Part shown: positions 14,461 to 26,829 of the stretch, one piece after another
Position numbering within the stretch: position 1 is the stretch's first letter
Layout of the letters: each line of letters begins with the position of its first letter
Source: Nageia nagi
Taxonomy: Eukaryota > Plantae > Pinophyta
Assembly: GCA_050084985.1 (NCBI GenBank)
Contig: JBITNC010000001.1
Span: forward strand, 115,444,001 to 115,508,000
Reading direction: 5' to 3'
Length of the DNA stretch: 64,000 nt
The notes under the pieces: model-generated
Told to the model about the DNA's origin: nothing
Seen by the model: only the letters and a program-made list of their open reading frames with translations
The model's database searches: none
Made by a program: the position numbers and the translations under genes

Positions 14461-16049
14461 TGCACTACAACTTGCTCACAAGTAGCAATATGGAAAATAA
14501 CCCATCAACATGGATAAACTTTCTAAATATGGAAGTATAGTGGTGTCAATCCATAAATATGGATATTATTTCAAAATATGAAAGTATAGAGGAATTAATC
14601 TATAAATATTTTCAAATATGGAAATATTATTAGATTTTATACTCCCCTTTAACAGTAACTTTCATAAAAATATTTTTGCAATTACTAATCTCTACAAATG
14701 TAGAGAGGAATGTAAACTTCCCAAAGGTACTCATACACTTCCCTTTGAATTATCCTCAATAAATATTGTAAAGAAAGTTTTAAAACTTTGCGTTCCAACA
14801 AGTACATTAACTAATGTGTACAAAACTATATGAGGATTAATGCATAACAATTTTAATATTGAGAAAGTTTATAAATTTTGCTCCAACAAGAATTTGTGGA
14901 CAACCAAAACAATTCATTCAACTTAGGATGAATGTGTACAAACAAGAATATGTATATAACCAAAAAGTTTTCATTCAACATAGTACTAAAAATAATGAGG
15001 ATAGTTTAAAGGAAAGTTGCACAAAATTTTACTTCAAATAATGCACATAATAGAAATGTCCATATTTACCATCAATTTTATAATCCAATGCAAATTAAGC
15101 ATACTAAATCTTTTACAAAATTTATGCAAATGCAACCAATAAATGATAGTGCTTATTATAAAGTTTAAAATTTCCATTTTAAACACTAGCACATCCACAA
15201 CAAATTTCCAATGTGCATATATATGTACAATTGCATTGCAACTAATAAGGATAGTGCATTTCAAAGAAATTATTGCCTAAATTTTCACGTTATGCATATT
15301 GCTTTAGGCACATCACATTATGTAAATCACATTATGCATATCCATAACAAAACTTTAAATTAACAATGCACTTGTATGTATATCTATGTACTATATGTTT
15401 GCATCCAACTACGGACATTAATTATGTGCATAAATTAACCATCCAAGCACAATAGCAATAGCAACATAATATGCATAACCAAGTATAACAAGCTCAATAG
15501 CAATATAATATACATAACCAAGTATAACAAGCATAATAACATAATTGTTTATAACATAATGCAAGTTCTATGTATTTCTTTGTAAATTAGAAGAACAAAA
15601 CTCTATAAAATGACATAAGAAAAATAATTGCATTAAAAAATGTGCAATTAATGTGGTTTTTAAGGTATTAACAAAAAATAATTATTGTCTTCAAAAATTT
15701 ATCTTACGTGATAATTATTGTTATACTTGCAAAAGGCTGTGGCATTTTAAAAAAATACAAAAATATTTAATAGAACTTTTAGCCATCCACATCCATTAGG
15801 TCAAAAGATTTAAATCATGCACTAAAACATTTATCCATGCTTAACAAATATGCAATAGTCGAAGTCTACACTTAAAAATATCCTATATATATATATATAA
15901 TATTGTAAAAATAATGACTATAGGGCTTTAGCTCAATATAAAAAAAACAATTACACCTCCCTTAAACTTGCTAAAATCCTTTCCTTATTTTTTTTAATTT
16001 ATTTTTTAACAAAAGGCCCTTTTAAAAAAATATTTTAAAACAAGGGGCC

Positions 16050-16345
16050 ATGCTCCCACTCTTGGAGGGGTTGCACCATTTCAAGGTTGCATGCCCACTC
16101 CAAAGGAGGGGTCACCCCTAGTAGGATGCATGCCCTCTCCAATGGAGGGTTCATTCTTGTTAGGCTGCATGCCCTCTCCAATGGAGGGGCTACCCTTGCT
16201 TGGCTACACACCCTCTTCAATGGAGAGGTCATACCCATTCGGGTTACATGCCCTATCCAATGAAGAATTCATGCCCATTTTGGCTACATGCCCTCTCTAA
16301 TGGAGAGGTTGTGCCCAGTCAAGCTATGCGCCCTCTCCAAAGGGG
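16050..16345. repeat. 39-bp minisatellite (~7 units) with a conserved palindromic core
   Basis: The core ATGCCCTCTCCAATGGAGGG repeats every 39 bp, giving the 13-aa periodicity in ORFs 16035-16238 and 16091-16300. Confidence 0.9.
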
Positions 16346-17034
16346 CCACCCCATTGTTTTTTTTTAAGAAAAAATAGAAGAAAAAATGTATAAAAAAGTT
16401 TTTAAATTTATTTAAAAAAATTCTATTTTTTATATATTAAAAAATCGAAAACTACTAACTTTTTTTAATAATTAAAATAAAAAAATCTATTTTTTAATAT
16501 TAAAAAAAGAAAATATATATATATATATATATATAATTGCATGCTTTTGTAGTTATAATATTAAGATTGTAAACTCCCTCATATGTTGAGAAATTTTTCA
16601 ACAATATTACATTAAATAGTAAAAAAATGTAAAACTTATTTTACTATTGTAAGAATGTAAATTTCTTTGAAAAATAACCTCAATACAAAAATTAGTAACT
16701 TGATTTTTTTAAGCTTGGAATCATATGTATAACCCTATTTCTCAAGATCTTCTAATCTAACCATTGAAAAATTTTAGATTTAACTTCAAATATTACTAAC
16801 ATGTAACTAAGGTAAACTTTTACCTTAAATTTGAGCCCATTATTCTTAATATAAAAATATGTTAGTATAGATGTCAACTTTCAACTTCAAAAGAATAAGA
16901 AATTAAAATTGATTAACCAATGAAGTTTTAAATAAAATTGAAACAATATTAGGGAATAGGTATACCTTAAATTTGAGAAATGTTACCTTAAAAATAATAC
17001 TAAGTAGAAAGTTGAGGAGATTACCACAAGGAAG

Positions 17035-17046
17035 GCTTTGATACCA
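17035..17046 (-). other. Primer-binding site (initiator tRNA-Met type)
   Basis: TGGTATCAAAGC on the minus strand, one mismatch to TGGTATCAGAGC, immediately after the 5' LTR. Confidence 0.85.
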
Positions 17047-18288
17047 CTTATGGAATTGAAGAATTCCACAAACCAAGATCTCATTGAATCTTCTCTAATA
17101 ATTTTAAGATCCATCGATATATCAAAGAAAGAAATAATCATACAAAAGATACTACACCATGTATAGTGGTTTCTTAATCTCTTTGGAGTACATGCACTTT
17201 GAACCATCAATTCTATTACTTCTCACAAGATAACCCTCTTGTAAATTCATGAGAATGTTTCTACAAAATGTATCCTACAAAGCTCCTATAAGAGTATTAC
17301 TACGACTCTATAATTTAAGTATTACCATGCTTCATCAAGTACATAATGATAGGGATACCTCTCTATTTATAAGAAGAAACTCACTCTTTAACCTTCCTTT
17401 TACCCAAGGGTAAGGTTAAAGATGTTTTCATATTTATTTTCATTTCTATATTTATTCCCTTAGTGCTTTAAGGTATCTAAAGATATTTTAAGCATTAAGT
17501 GAATTTACATTAAAGAGAAATATTACACAATATTACATTACAATTTCTAACACTTGCACAACTACTAGTTTATAAAAAGGTAGTGCATAATCTCTACATT
17601 AGAATAGGTTGAGAGGAGAAAGTTTCTAGAATATAGGTTCCCAGTTTAACCCTCCACATTAAGGAGTAAAAATTTATCTCCTCTAATCTTGGGAGAGAAA
17701 TTCTCCACTATTAGTGGCACTACTCCACCTACTTCCTTTGAAGAAGGTGCACCACCTCAAAAAATTTTGGTTAGATCTAAGGAATCTATATCCATGTGCA
17801 TGTAATGGGGTGTCCTTACAACATACCATATATCAAACCCTACTAGGACTTTGCTAGCACCTATATGAGTTTTTCCACTTACTTTATTACCCCTCCACAT
17901 GGGTTTAGTTTCCAATCTTTGGCTTATGGGATTGTAACCCATTATCTCCCAAAGGAAGACCATAACTTATAAGAATAATATTAACGTTATATTATTTTTA
18001 ACTTTATTATTCTAAAATAATTTGGGTATTCTTTTTTAAATTTTAAAATATAAGTTAATAGGTTATGGAAGAGATTTCATAAACCTACAAAGGTATCCTT
18101 TTGAATTTTCTTATTGAATTTATCTATGATGAAAACTATTGAATAAATTAGGTTTACTTTGGAAAATTTATTTGATTGAATGTACTTATCAATGCAACTA
18201 GATTAACTATAAATTTATTTTTTTCTTTAACTAGCATATGTATGTTACTACTTTTAATAAGCATAGCATAAAAGTAAGGACTAGATTG

Positions 18289-18291
<3 letters not shown>

Positions 18292-18338
<47 letters not shown>

Positions 18339-19500
18339 TGAAAAGACTTTATATTAAGAAAAGACTAATCATACAAAAAGGAGTGGGTGGGATTAACACA
18401 CCCTAATAGTCACACTAAATATATAGTTAGGAAAAAAAGAAACAAAATACTGAAACCCCAAAGCATGTTAAATGGCAACATAAACTCCTTACGAAGTAAT
18501 ACAACCAATAACTAAAACATTAATCTATTACTCGCTCATTAGGAGGATGAAAATTGTTCATCTAATCCAAGTAAACCCAACCATGATTATAATTGTCATC
18601 ATTACTCTACCCATAATTCTCTCCCCACTAAGGGTTTGGCACATTTCCCATAATAGGCTTGGACCCCCAAGTGCTCTGTGGCTATGGAGAAGGGTCATCA
18701 CCCCAACCCATCCTCAGAGGAGAAATACTTGGATGCACATCCTAGCTTGACTAGACTAGAGAAGAAGAAGGAGCAATCAAGTGGAGTCTCTATGGGTTTT
18801 AAGGTAGTTGAGAATAGTTTTGAGTTGGTGAAAAAGGAGGTTAGAAAGGAGGGGATCCCTCGATCTAAGGTTGAGACTATCCCTAAGAGACACCCTACCA
18901 TTGAGTCTAATGGTGCTATAGAGGCTGATTAGGAGGGAGCCTTCTAGTGGTATAAGGAGCATTGGCCCAGTAAACTAGCATATTATGTAAGTGTTGAACC
19001 TCCAAGTTAACTCTTTCCACTTAAGCAATAATCTACAACCATGTATCAAAAAATATGGCATATTTTTCAAAAAGAGAAAATGAGATAGAAGCTTCTTCCC
19101 TGCTAAAAATGATGTTGTTTCTACTTTTCCATAAGCAAAAAAATCACATTAACATAATAGATATGCCACACTTCAAGTAAAGGTTTTGAAAAATGTAGGG
19201 GTCACCTAAAAGATCATGAACCCAAGAACATGACAAGAGAAGGAACTAGTTAAAAAAAAAAAGAATCCAATCCCAAATAGCTTTAGCTTTAGAGCAAGAC
19301 CAAAAAACATGGAGGAAACCTTTAGGATAATAATTGCATATATTTTAATCAAATATTCATTAATTTTATCTTAGTCATAATACAAAATAAGTTTAAGCCA
19401 TATTGGACATTTTCTCTTATTATCTTGAGTATTTGTGAAGGTAAAGGAATGAAATTATGTTAAGAATATTACATCATTCCTATATAGTTCTCATGTAGTT
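18292..19500 (-). mobile_element. 3' fragment of an L1 LINE with a (TA)n tail
   Basis: (TA)n run at 18292-18334; the adjacent sequence resembles the L1 3' ends at 6680 and 32990; ORF2 C-terminal motif WKSRNNIIF at ~19107-19133. Confidence 0.65.
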
Positions 19501-19829
19501 ATCTTTTATGGGTAGTTACATTTTTATTCCCCATATTTTTTGCTAATAGGTAAATTATAATAACAAAAAATGATAGGTTTTGTTTGGGTCCCAAAAACTA
19601 GTCAAAATGGTTTCATACAAAACCAACTACCTAGATATTATTATATATAAGTAGCTGCATAGATATTCAAACATCATTGAAACACAATAAAAATATAACA
19701 TTTTCAACTAGATACTTAATAGAAAATAGAACTATAAAAATATAGTACCTAATTCATATGATAGCCTATCTAATTAATATCCTAATACATAAGAACTATC
19801 ATATATACTTCTTCTTTTCCATGTCCTAT

Positions 19830-21301
19830 TTTAGGATATCTTTTCCCATTGTCTTCTTTACAATTCTTTATCATTTGTTCCTTGTTGACCCAAATAACTG
19901 CTCTCCCTCATCCATTGATGAGTAATGGTCCATTATGGTATATAGGGTCTAATCCTTAACCCTAGGAAATAGGGATAGAATTAATGATTTTAGGCTCCCT
20001 TAAATGTTCCAAGATATAACTTAGCTCCTTTGGTTCTATGGCAACTTGGATCTCCATTTTCTTATCAATAATCCTTTCTAATTCTTGATGGGAGGAGGTC
20101 AAGGTTTGGTCACTATGTGTCTTATTTTGTAGTGCCTTCTCCCCCCTCTCTCCTTCCTCTTTTTGGTTGCATTTTTACTAAACATTCTCTTCCTTAGTTC
20201 CCTTTGGAGGACTAAGTTTCAACCTAGGATGTGATTGGGGTGTAGGATAAGGAGGTTTTTCCTTTCCCTCTAGGGGAAAGATTTGTCTAGTGAAAGATCA
20301 TAATTTTCTATAGAAATGGGTGTTGGAAGGTTTGGTTGTGTTTCAACCACATTGGTGGTTGGATCCCTTAAATTATTATCTCCTAAAGAATTTTCTTACC
20401 CTAGAACGTTATTATCTACTTTGATTTGAATGTTTCTAGGAGGCTTTTAAAGAGGGTTATGGATATTACCTTTGTTGACATAAGCCCAAGTTTCCATTCA
20501 CTTAGCCTCTGGTGTGGCTAGTTATGTTGCTTATCTTGACTCATTTATCTTATGCTTGTTAAAGGGGGTTTCCCTTTCAAGGCCTCATTGTATTTCTCTC
20601 TTTATGCTTTTACTTTTTTGTTGAGTCCTCCTTCTCTTTTTTCTTTTCCCTCCCCTCATCTTTAGTTGTAGGTTCCTTTGTCTCTATAGATGCTTTTGAT
20701 TATTTTAGTAGAGCCTTTTAATACATGTAAGTGATCATCCCTTTGTGTTGGGCCTCCTACTCTACTTCATCTATTACCTTTTTTATCCATGTTTTTACAT
20801 AGTCATCCAAGAAGAATGAAAGACACAATTTGAAATTATTCCCACAACTAAAGTGGCTCAACACCAAATATGGTTCAAATATAACTAAGTATCACCCATT
20901 TAGGGTAAAATACTTCACTAGCCAAAAATTCATTTGATCCCAAGGTGCAACTAGGCATTTTTGGTTGATCCTCATTCTAGACTTAACCTTTAATTCCCTA
21001 AGGCCATAGAAAGTTTCTATTTCTTGGTTTGTAACTTGTGTATTCCATTTAAATAGCATCCTTTCTAAACTCATTTTTTGATTTATTGCAAATACCTCCT
21101 TTGAGAAATCAACCTTCACAAATCCAATGATGGCATAGCTCCCCTTCCATCCTTTAACCACCTTCTCACTAACATTAGGTTCAAATCACTAGAAATTTTA
21201 AAGGAAGTGTTTATCCCCCCCTTCTTCAAGCATTTCTAACATACTTTATCATGCTTCAATTCTTCTACACTACTCAACTCTATTTTGCAATATTTCCCCA
21301 T
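19830..21301 (-). pseudogene. Decayed ORF of unknown function downstream of L1 ORF2 ('ORF3'-like)
   Basis: Starts MGKYCKIELSSVEELKHDKVC*KCLKKGG at ATG 21301 and continues as ORF 20892-21161; its pattern matches the ORF at 47359. The 3' boundary is approximate. Confidence 0.5.
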
Positions 21302-21599
21302 TGCATATAGCTTCCTGAATTTTTATAAAATCATGATGGAATTCAAAGAGGGTTGATGAAAATGCTATGCACAACCTTCATTTTGATCATTAGTATTTAA
21401 TACGGGCCTTTAAGTCACTCATGCTAAGTTATCATGTCACAAGGCTTAAGCATTAGAGGTGTAAAGAGGATTAATAAATAATAATTATTCTGTACCTCAT
21501 ATCCCTCTAATTATGTTCATTGAATTTGTTGATATCATCTATTCTCCACCATTTTATGTACCTCATCAAACATCAAACTTTGATGAGAATTTATGCTGA

Positions 21600-24585
21600 G
21601 TAATTTGATGATACCTGCAAGCTCAACATCATTATCAGGATCCACCTTCACACATGCTTTAATATTTTCTCCCATCAATCTCATATAGGTATGGAGTGTT
21701 TCCTCCACCTTTCAACTATATTCTTAAAAAATTCAAGCATTTCATTCCTTCCAAATGGCCCATAGCACATGCAGTACCATCATCATCCAAACATTTCTAG
21801 TTTTATCTTGAGCCTATGGTATTCACCATTAAACAATAATTTTTGTAGTTAAGCTAGGTTTGGTCCATTGGAATTGTAATTATTTTTCCATCCTTTCTCA
21901 TAGTTCATTTGCAAACTCATATTATACTAATAGATGATCAATTATTTCTTCCTCTTTTTTACACATTGTACACCTATTAGGAATCTTCCAACCTTCCTTA
22001 TTTAGGTTTCCATGGCTATATATTATATTTAGTTCCACTACCTATCTAACAAAAGATACTTTTTGGATTGTCCCTTTAGTCCAACTTTTTTTCCAAAGTA
22101 TTGTTCGCTTATGCACTTCATTTGTATTCAAAACTATTATATCCTACTTCTACTTAGTACAATTGTTTTTTTCCTTCATTGTCTATCCATACTAGGATAT
22201 CCTCTTTCAGTGTAGAGAAAAAATTAAATTTAGTTAATCTTTATTTGAACTTTTCTATATTAGATTGTATTCTTAGGTTAGGTGCTCAAGGGAGGACCCA
22301 TTCCATATTATCATCATGCTATTTTTTGAGGTAGTTTTCAACTTTGGTCCTAATGGTAAGTTTTACCCAATTCATCAATTGGCTAAACTCAACTTCTTGG
22401 GCTAGTCAGGACTTTTTGGACCATATTTCAACCCAAAACATAGTTGTATTTCCATTATACACTTTCTATAGAGAATTTTGATGGAGTGAGTTCTAAAATC
22501 CTACTAAGAAATTCCAAAATACTAATCCCTAAGGTGTGGTATTCCTTGTTAAGATATTTTTGTTCCCTTCCATATATTTTTGTTTACATATGCATATCCA
22601 TTCATTTTCTTCACCTACACATAATTTCTATTCAAGTTTAATTCTTAATTCTTGATTTACAAATATAATGTGTCTCATTCCTAGCCCTCCCTCCTTTTTC
22701 CTATATACTTTGAACCAAGCTACCAAGGATATCCATCTTTTTTCTTCCACCCATGTCTAAATAAATCTTGCACATATTTAATCTATTTTTTGAGTAACTA
22801 AAGCTTGAATTAGAAATGAACTAGCCATATATATAGGGATAGTCTATAGTGTGACCTTCACTAACTAAATCTTCCATTCCATACTTAGTAGTTAGCCCTT
22901 CCATCCTAATAATGTTTTATCAAATTGTTCATAACTCTATTCCAAAATTTCTTTGAGATTGTACCATAAAACAAAGGCATTCCAAGGTAGATTGAATGGA
23001 ATGTACCAATTTCGCATTGAAATACCCTAGAAATCCTTGTCTTCTTATCCTTCAGTGTGTTAAAGAAGAAGATACCAATGTTATCATAATTAATATTTAT
23101 ATTAGAAGCTTTCTCATACTTTTCCAAAATTCTTTTAAATTCTACATCTTCCATAAGTCCTTCTTTCTCAACCAAGATTGTGTCATCTACAAACTAGTGG
23201 TGGGTGACCAAATGATAGTTTGGTGTAGGTAGGATTCTATAGATTCTCCCAAATATGTTTTCCCTCTGTATTTTTCTTCTAAGACCTTCAACGATGATGA
23301 TAAAATAGGTAGGGATAAATTGGATCACCTTGTCTTAATCTTTGTCTTGTTTTAAAGAAACTAGAAGGTTACTCATTCACTATTACTGAGAAGGTTAATG
23401 ATGAGATACATAATTGTATCCATTTCCTCCATTGGGTACCAAACCAAAAACTCATTAAAACTTGATCCAAGAGTTTCCATGATACCCTATTATATACCTT
23501 TTGCATGTCTATTTTAATAAGAATCCCTTCTTGATTATTATTTTTAATCATATGGAATTCTTCATGTATTAGAATTATCCCATCTTCTATCTTTCTTTTA
23601 CAAAACCATCATCTACCTCAAAGATTATCTTTGACAAAAATTTCCTCATTCTATTAAATAGTAGGTTAGTAGTGATTTTGTCAATAGTATTGCATAAGCT
23701 AATTGGTCTAAAATGTTTAAGGTGGTTTGCTCCTTGAACCTTGGGGATCAAGGCCAGGAAGGTTGTGTTCAGTAGAGATATATTTCATTGGAATTCCCAA
23801 ATGGCTTTTACCACATCTTCTTCTAATACTTCCAACCAACTTTGAAAGAATTTTTCTATGAAATTATCCAATTCTTGGGCTTTATATGGATTCATCTCCA
23901 ATAAGGAATCATGGATTTTTTCCTTAGAGAATGGCTTAACTAGCATTTAGTTGTCTTCATCATTAATCAAAGTTGGGATGTTGCTAAGTAAACTTTTAGA
24001 TATATTTCAATCAATTTTTGAGAATTTTATGATAATACTCTTATAGAATGCATCTATTATTTATTTGTTATCATCATCATCTACTTCTAGTTCAACTTGT
24101 TTTGTTATAAGATCTTGAATCCTATTATAAGCCCTCCTCCTTAAAGTTGTAAAGTTGAAATATTTTATATTTATATTCCCCTCTTTTACCCAAGATACTC
24201 TTGTTTTTTATCACTACTGGATCTCTCCATTTTTGTGGATTTCAAGTATTGTCATTTTAATTTGTTTCTCTTTTTTTGCTAACTCTTCACTCTACCCTTA
24301 TTATTGTATTATCAGTTAAATATATTGGAGCTCTTTTTATGATGTTTCTTTGTTCCTATCAACCTGTTTCAAGACCTCTCAATTCCACTTTTTCAATTTA
24401 CTTTTAACATTATTAATTTTGGTGGATAGTGGAAATATTTTTGTGCCTTTGGTAGGAATATTCCACCATTCCTAAATATTATCAAATATATCTGAATGGA
24501 AAAGCTACATAGATTCAAATTTGAAAGGAATCATCTTTTGGTGTGAGGAAATGCTTGAAGGATGATTAGAGTATGATCCAAACTA
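21600..24585 (-). mobile_element. 5'-truncated L1 ORF2 (end of endonuclease, RT, C-terminal region), decayed
   Basis: PFKFESM (~24510-24532); KIDMQKVYNRVSW...FGTQWRKWIQLCISS (23369-23551); IYLGMPL (22906-23175); VLWAIWKE*N (~21770). Confidence 0.88.
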
Positions 24586-26728
24586 TTTTTAACATAGTTT
24601 TACTTACAAAATAAATATATTTACATAAAAAATATAATATTAAAAAAAGAGTGTTGGGTGGCACCACAAAGAGTAAGTAATCAGCTTAGAGAGGCATAGC
24701 ATGTCACAAGGTGACTTGGGTGGTCAACCTTAAGGGGTGATGCTACACAAGCCACTTGGTAGTTGGGGGCATGTGCACCTTGTATCCCCATGGTTCATGG
24801 GTAGGGTGATGTGAGTCATAGCCTCTATGTCATGTAGTGCCTAGGGATAGTGCCAAGCACATCCCCCTAACTAGGTTGGGTGAAGTAAGGTTTGGGCAAC
24901 GCACTCCCCCCACCCCCCCCCCTCCCCATAATTAATGTTTTTAAAATTCAAATTAGTTTATTTGATTTTTAATCTTAATCTTAATTTTTAATTTTTTAAA
25001 ATTTAAATGTTTTTTAATATTTTGAATTTCAATTTTTAATTATCTATTTAAATATTTAAATATTTAATTATTAGAGATAATAATCATTAAATATTAGGAA
25101 TTAACATTTAATTAAATATTTATAAAATAAGATTATTTAAATATTAATGAAATTAATATTTAAGAATATATTTTAAATATGTTTAATTATTTGTAATGTA
25201 TACACTAGTTATTATAAAGAGAAAGATTTGTATAATAAGTGTATAGTGGAATTGACTTTAATGTTAATGTAAATCACATTTGCATTAATATTGAGGCAAA
25301 TTTTATGAAGCATTGAATTTATAATGTGTTCAAAGGAAGTGGAATTATTATAAGGTGCTTATATTTATGGAGTATATTTGATAAATGTACCTATGCTACT
25401 CTTTGTAATTATGCATATTATTATGATTTCTTGCATAAGTTATGTTCCCTAAAGCATCAACATGAGATATAGTGATGATAAAACACTTAGAAAATTGGAA
25501 TGCATATCTTTACATCTCTCCTTGTTATGTTGACTACATTAATTATGAAAATAGAATACATAAAATTCAAGATATTAGGTTTACATATTCATTGCGTTAG
25601 AATGAATAAATGTAAACCTATCATGTAAATGCATCACATGTTACCTTAGTGAAATACAAAAGAAAGTGTTTTCTTTGATCCTAAAAGCATCTAGCAAGTG
25701 GTTCACTTTTAAGGTTGATACCTTGGTGGTTCAAGGCTTGTGATATGGAGAAAAACATGATGTTCTATATTACAAATTGTAAATATGATATTGTAAACTT
25801 ATATCTTGATGAGATATGAAATGTGTAACCTTTAGGGTCATATGATCTATTACTTCATGAATTGATCCATTCATAGCTTGGTTAGTTTTATGTAAGTGAA
25901 TTTCATACTTAACATTTAAATTGTATAGTTATACTTGCATGACTATGATATATGAAAAGTAAGGTTAAATAGTACTGAACAATCATGTTTATTTCTATAA
26001 TCATAATTTTCATTTAAATAGCATTTAATAACCATATTGAAACTAGAACATGAATCTATGCTTCTTTACCATCACGAATTCTTAAAAGCATGGTCATAAA
26101 ATTTACTTATTTAAGTTAAGAAAATACTTAGATGAAAAGTGAATGATTTGGAGTCAACCTATAGGTCTTAGGAAATTAATATAGAAAATGCAAGACTAGT
26201 TCTACCTCCAAGATAAACACCTAGTCAAAGATAACAAGTAAGCTAGCATTTGAGGAAACTTAGTAACTATGGGAGTTATGGGAAGGTAGTTATTATGGGT
26301 TAAAGTGGTGGTCTCTTGCATGTATTATCAGTAGGCAAGTGTACATAAGTTAAATATTAGGGTAATAAAATTTAATGTTAAGTTCCATCATAAGAGACGA
26401 TGAAAACTTGATCTACTTGGCGTATGCTAATAGATCACTATCATGGGATATCATGAATTGATGAGAAAAGTGTTCCCCTTAATAGATGTATGGACCCTAA
26501 GAAGAACCCAAAGATAATAGTTTATATAGGTGAGACAAGCATGGGAGATATTTAAATCACATGTACTTAGTTAAATCAAATGCATGGTAGATGCATTGAT
26601 GAAAATTGGTTATCACATAAATTGGGTAAAAAATAGAAATTTCTCATTTATGCATATGTAATGCTTTTTGCTTATTAAAAATGATTTTATGTCTAGTTTT
26701 GAGTTATAATTTAGATCAATGTTTCATT

Positions 26729-26740
26729 TGGTATAAGAGC
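26729..26740 (+). other. Primer-binding site (initiator tRNA-Met type) of chromovirus copy 1
   Basis: TGGTATAAGAGC, 2 bp after the LTR end ...GTTTCA (26726). Confidence 0.8.
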
Positions 26741-26829
26741 AAGAGTAGGATTCATAGGGCATAATGATTCATAGATTCAAATTTTCCTACACCTAATTCA
26801 AACTTTGTGGATCCTTTACAATAGTTATG

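Larger units (their letters stand above)
12650..17552 (-). mobile_element. Copia-type LTR element, ~4.9 kb, with non-coding or fully decayed interior (LARD-like)
   Basis: ~500 bp direct repeats at 12650-13149 and 17049-17552 (minus strand TGTTAGAAA...TTCCAT(C)A); PBS at 17035-17046; PPT AAGGGGTAG just before the 3' LTR (13150-13158). No recognisable gag/pol ORF; no clean TSD. Confidence 0.8.

Noticed and set aside
16050-16345. CRISPR-like pattern (palindromic repeat plus variable spacer)
   Set aside because: Eukaryotic TE context, no cas genes, and the linkers are short and related to each other; it is a minisatellite.
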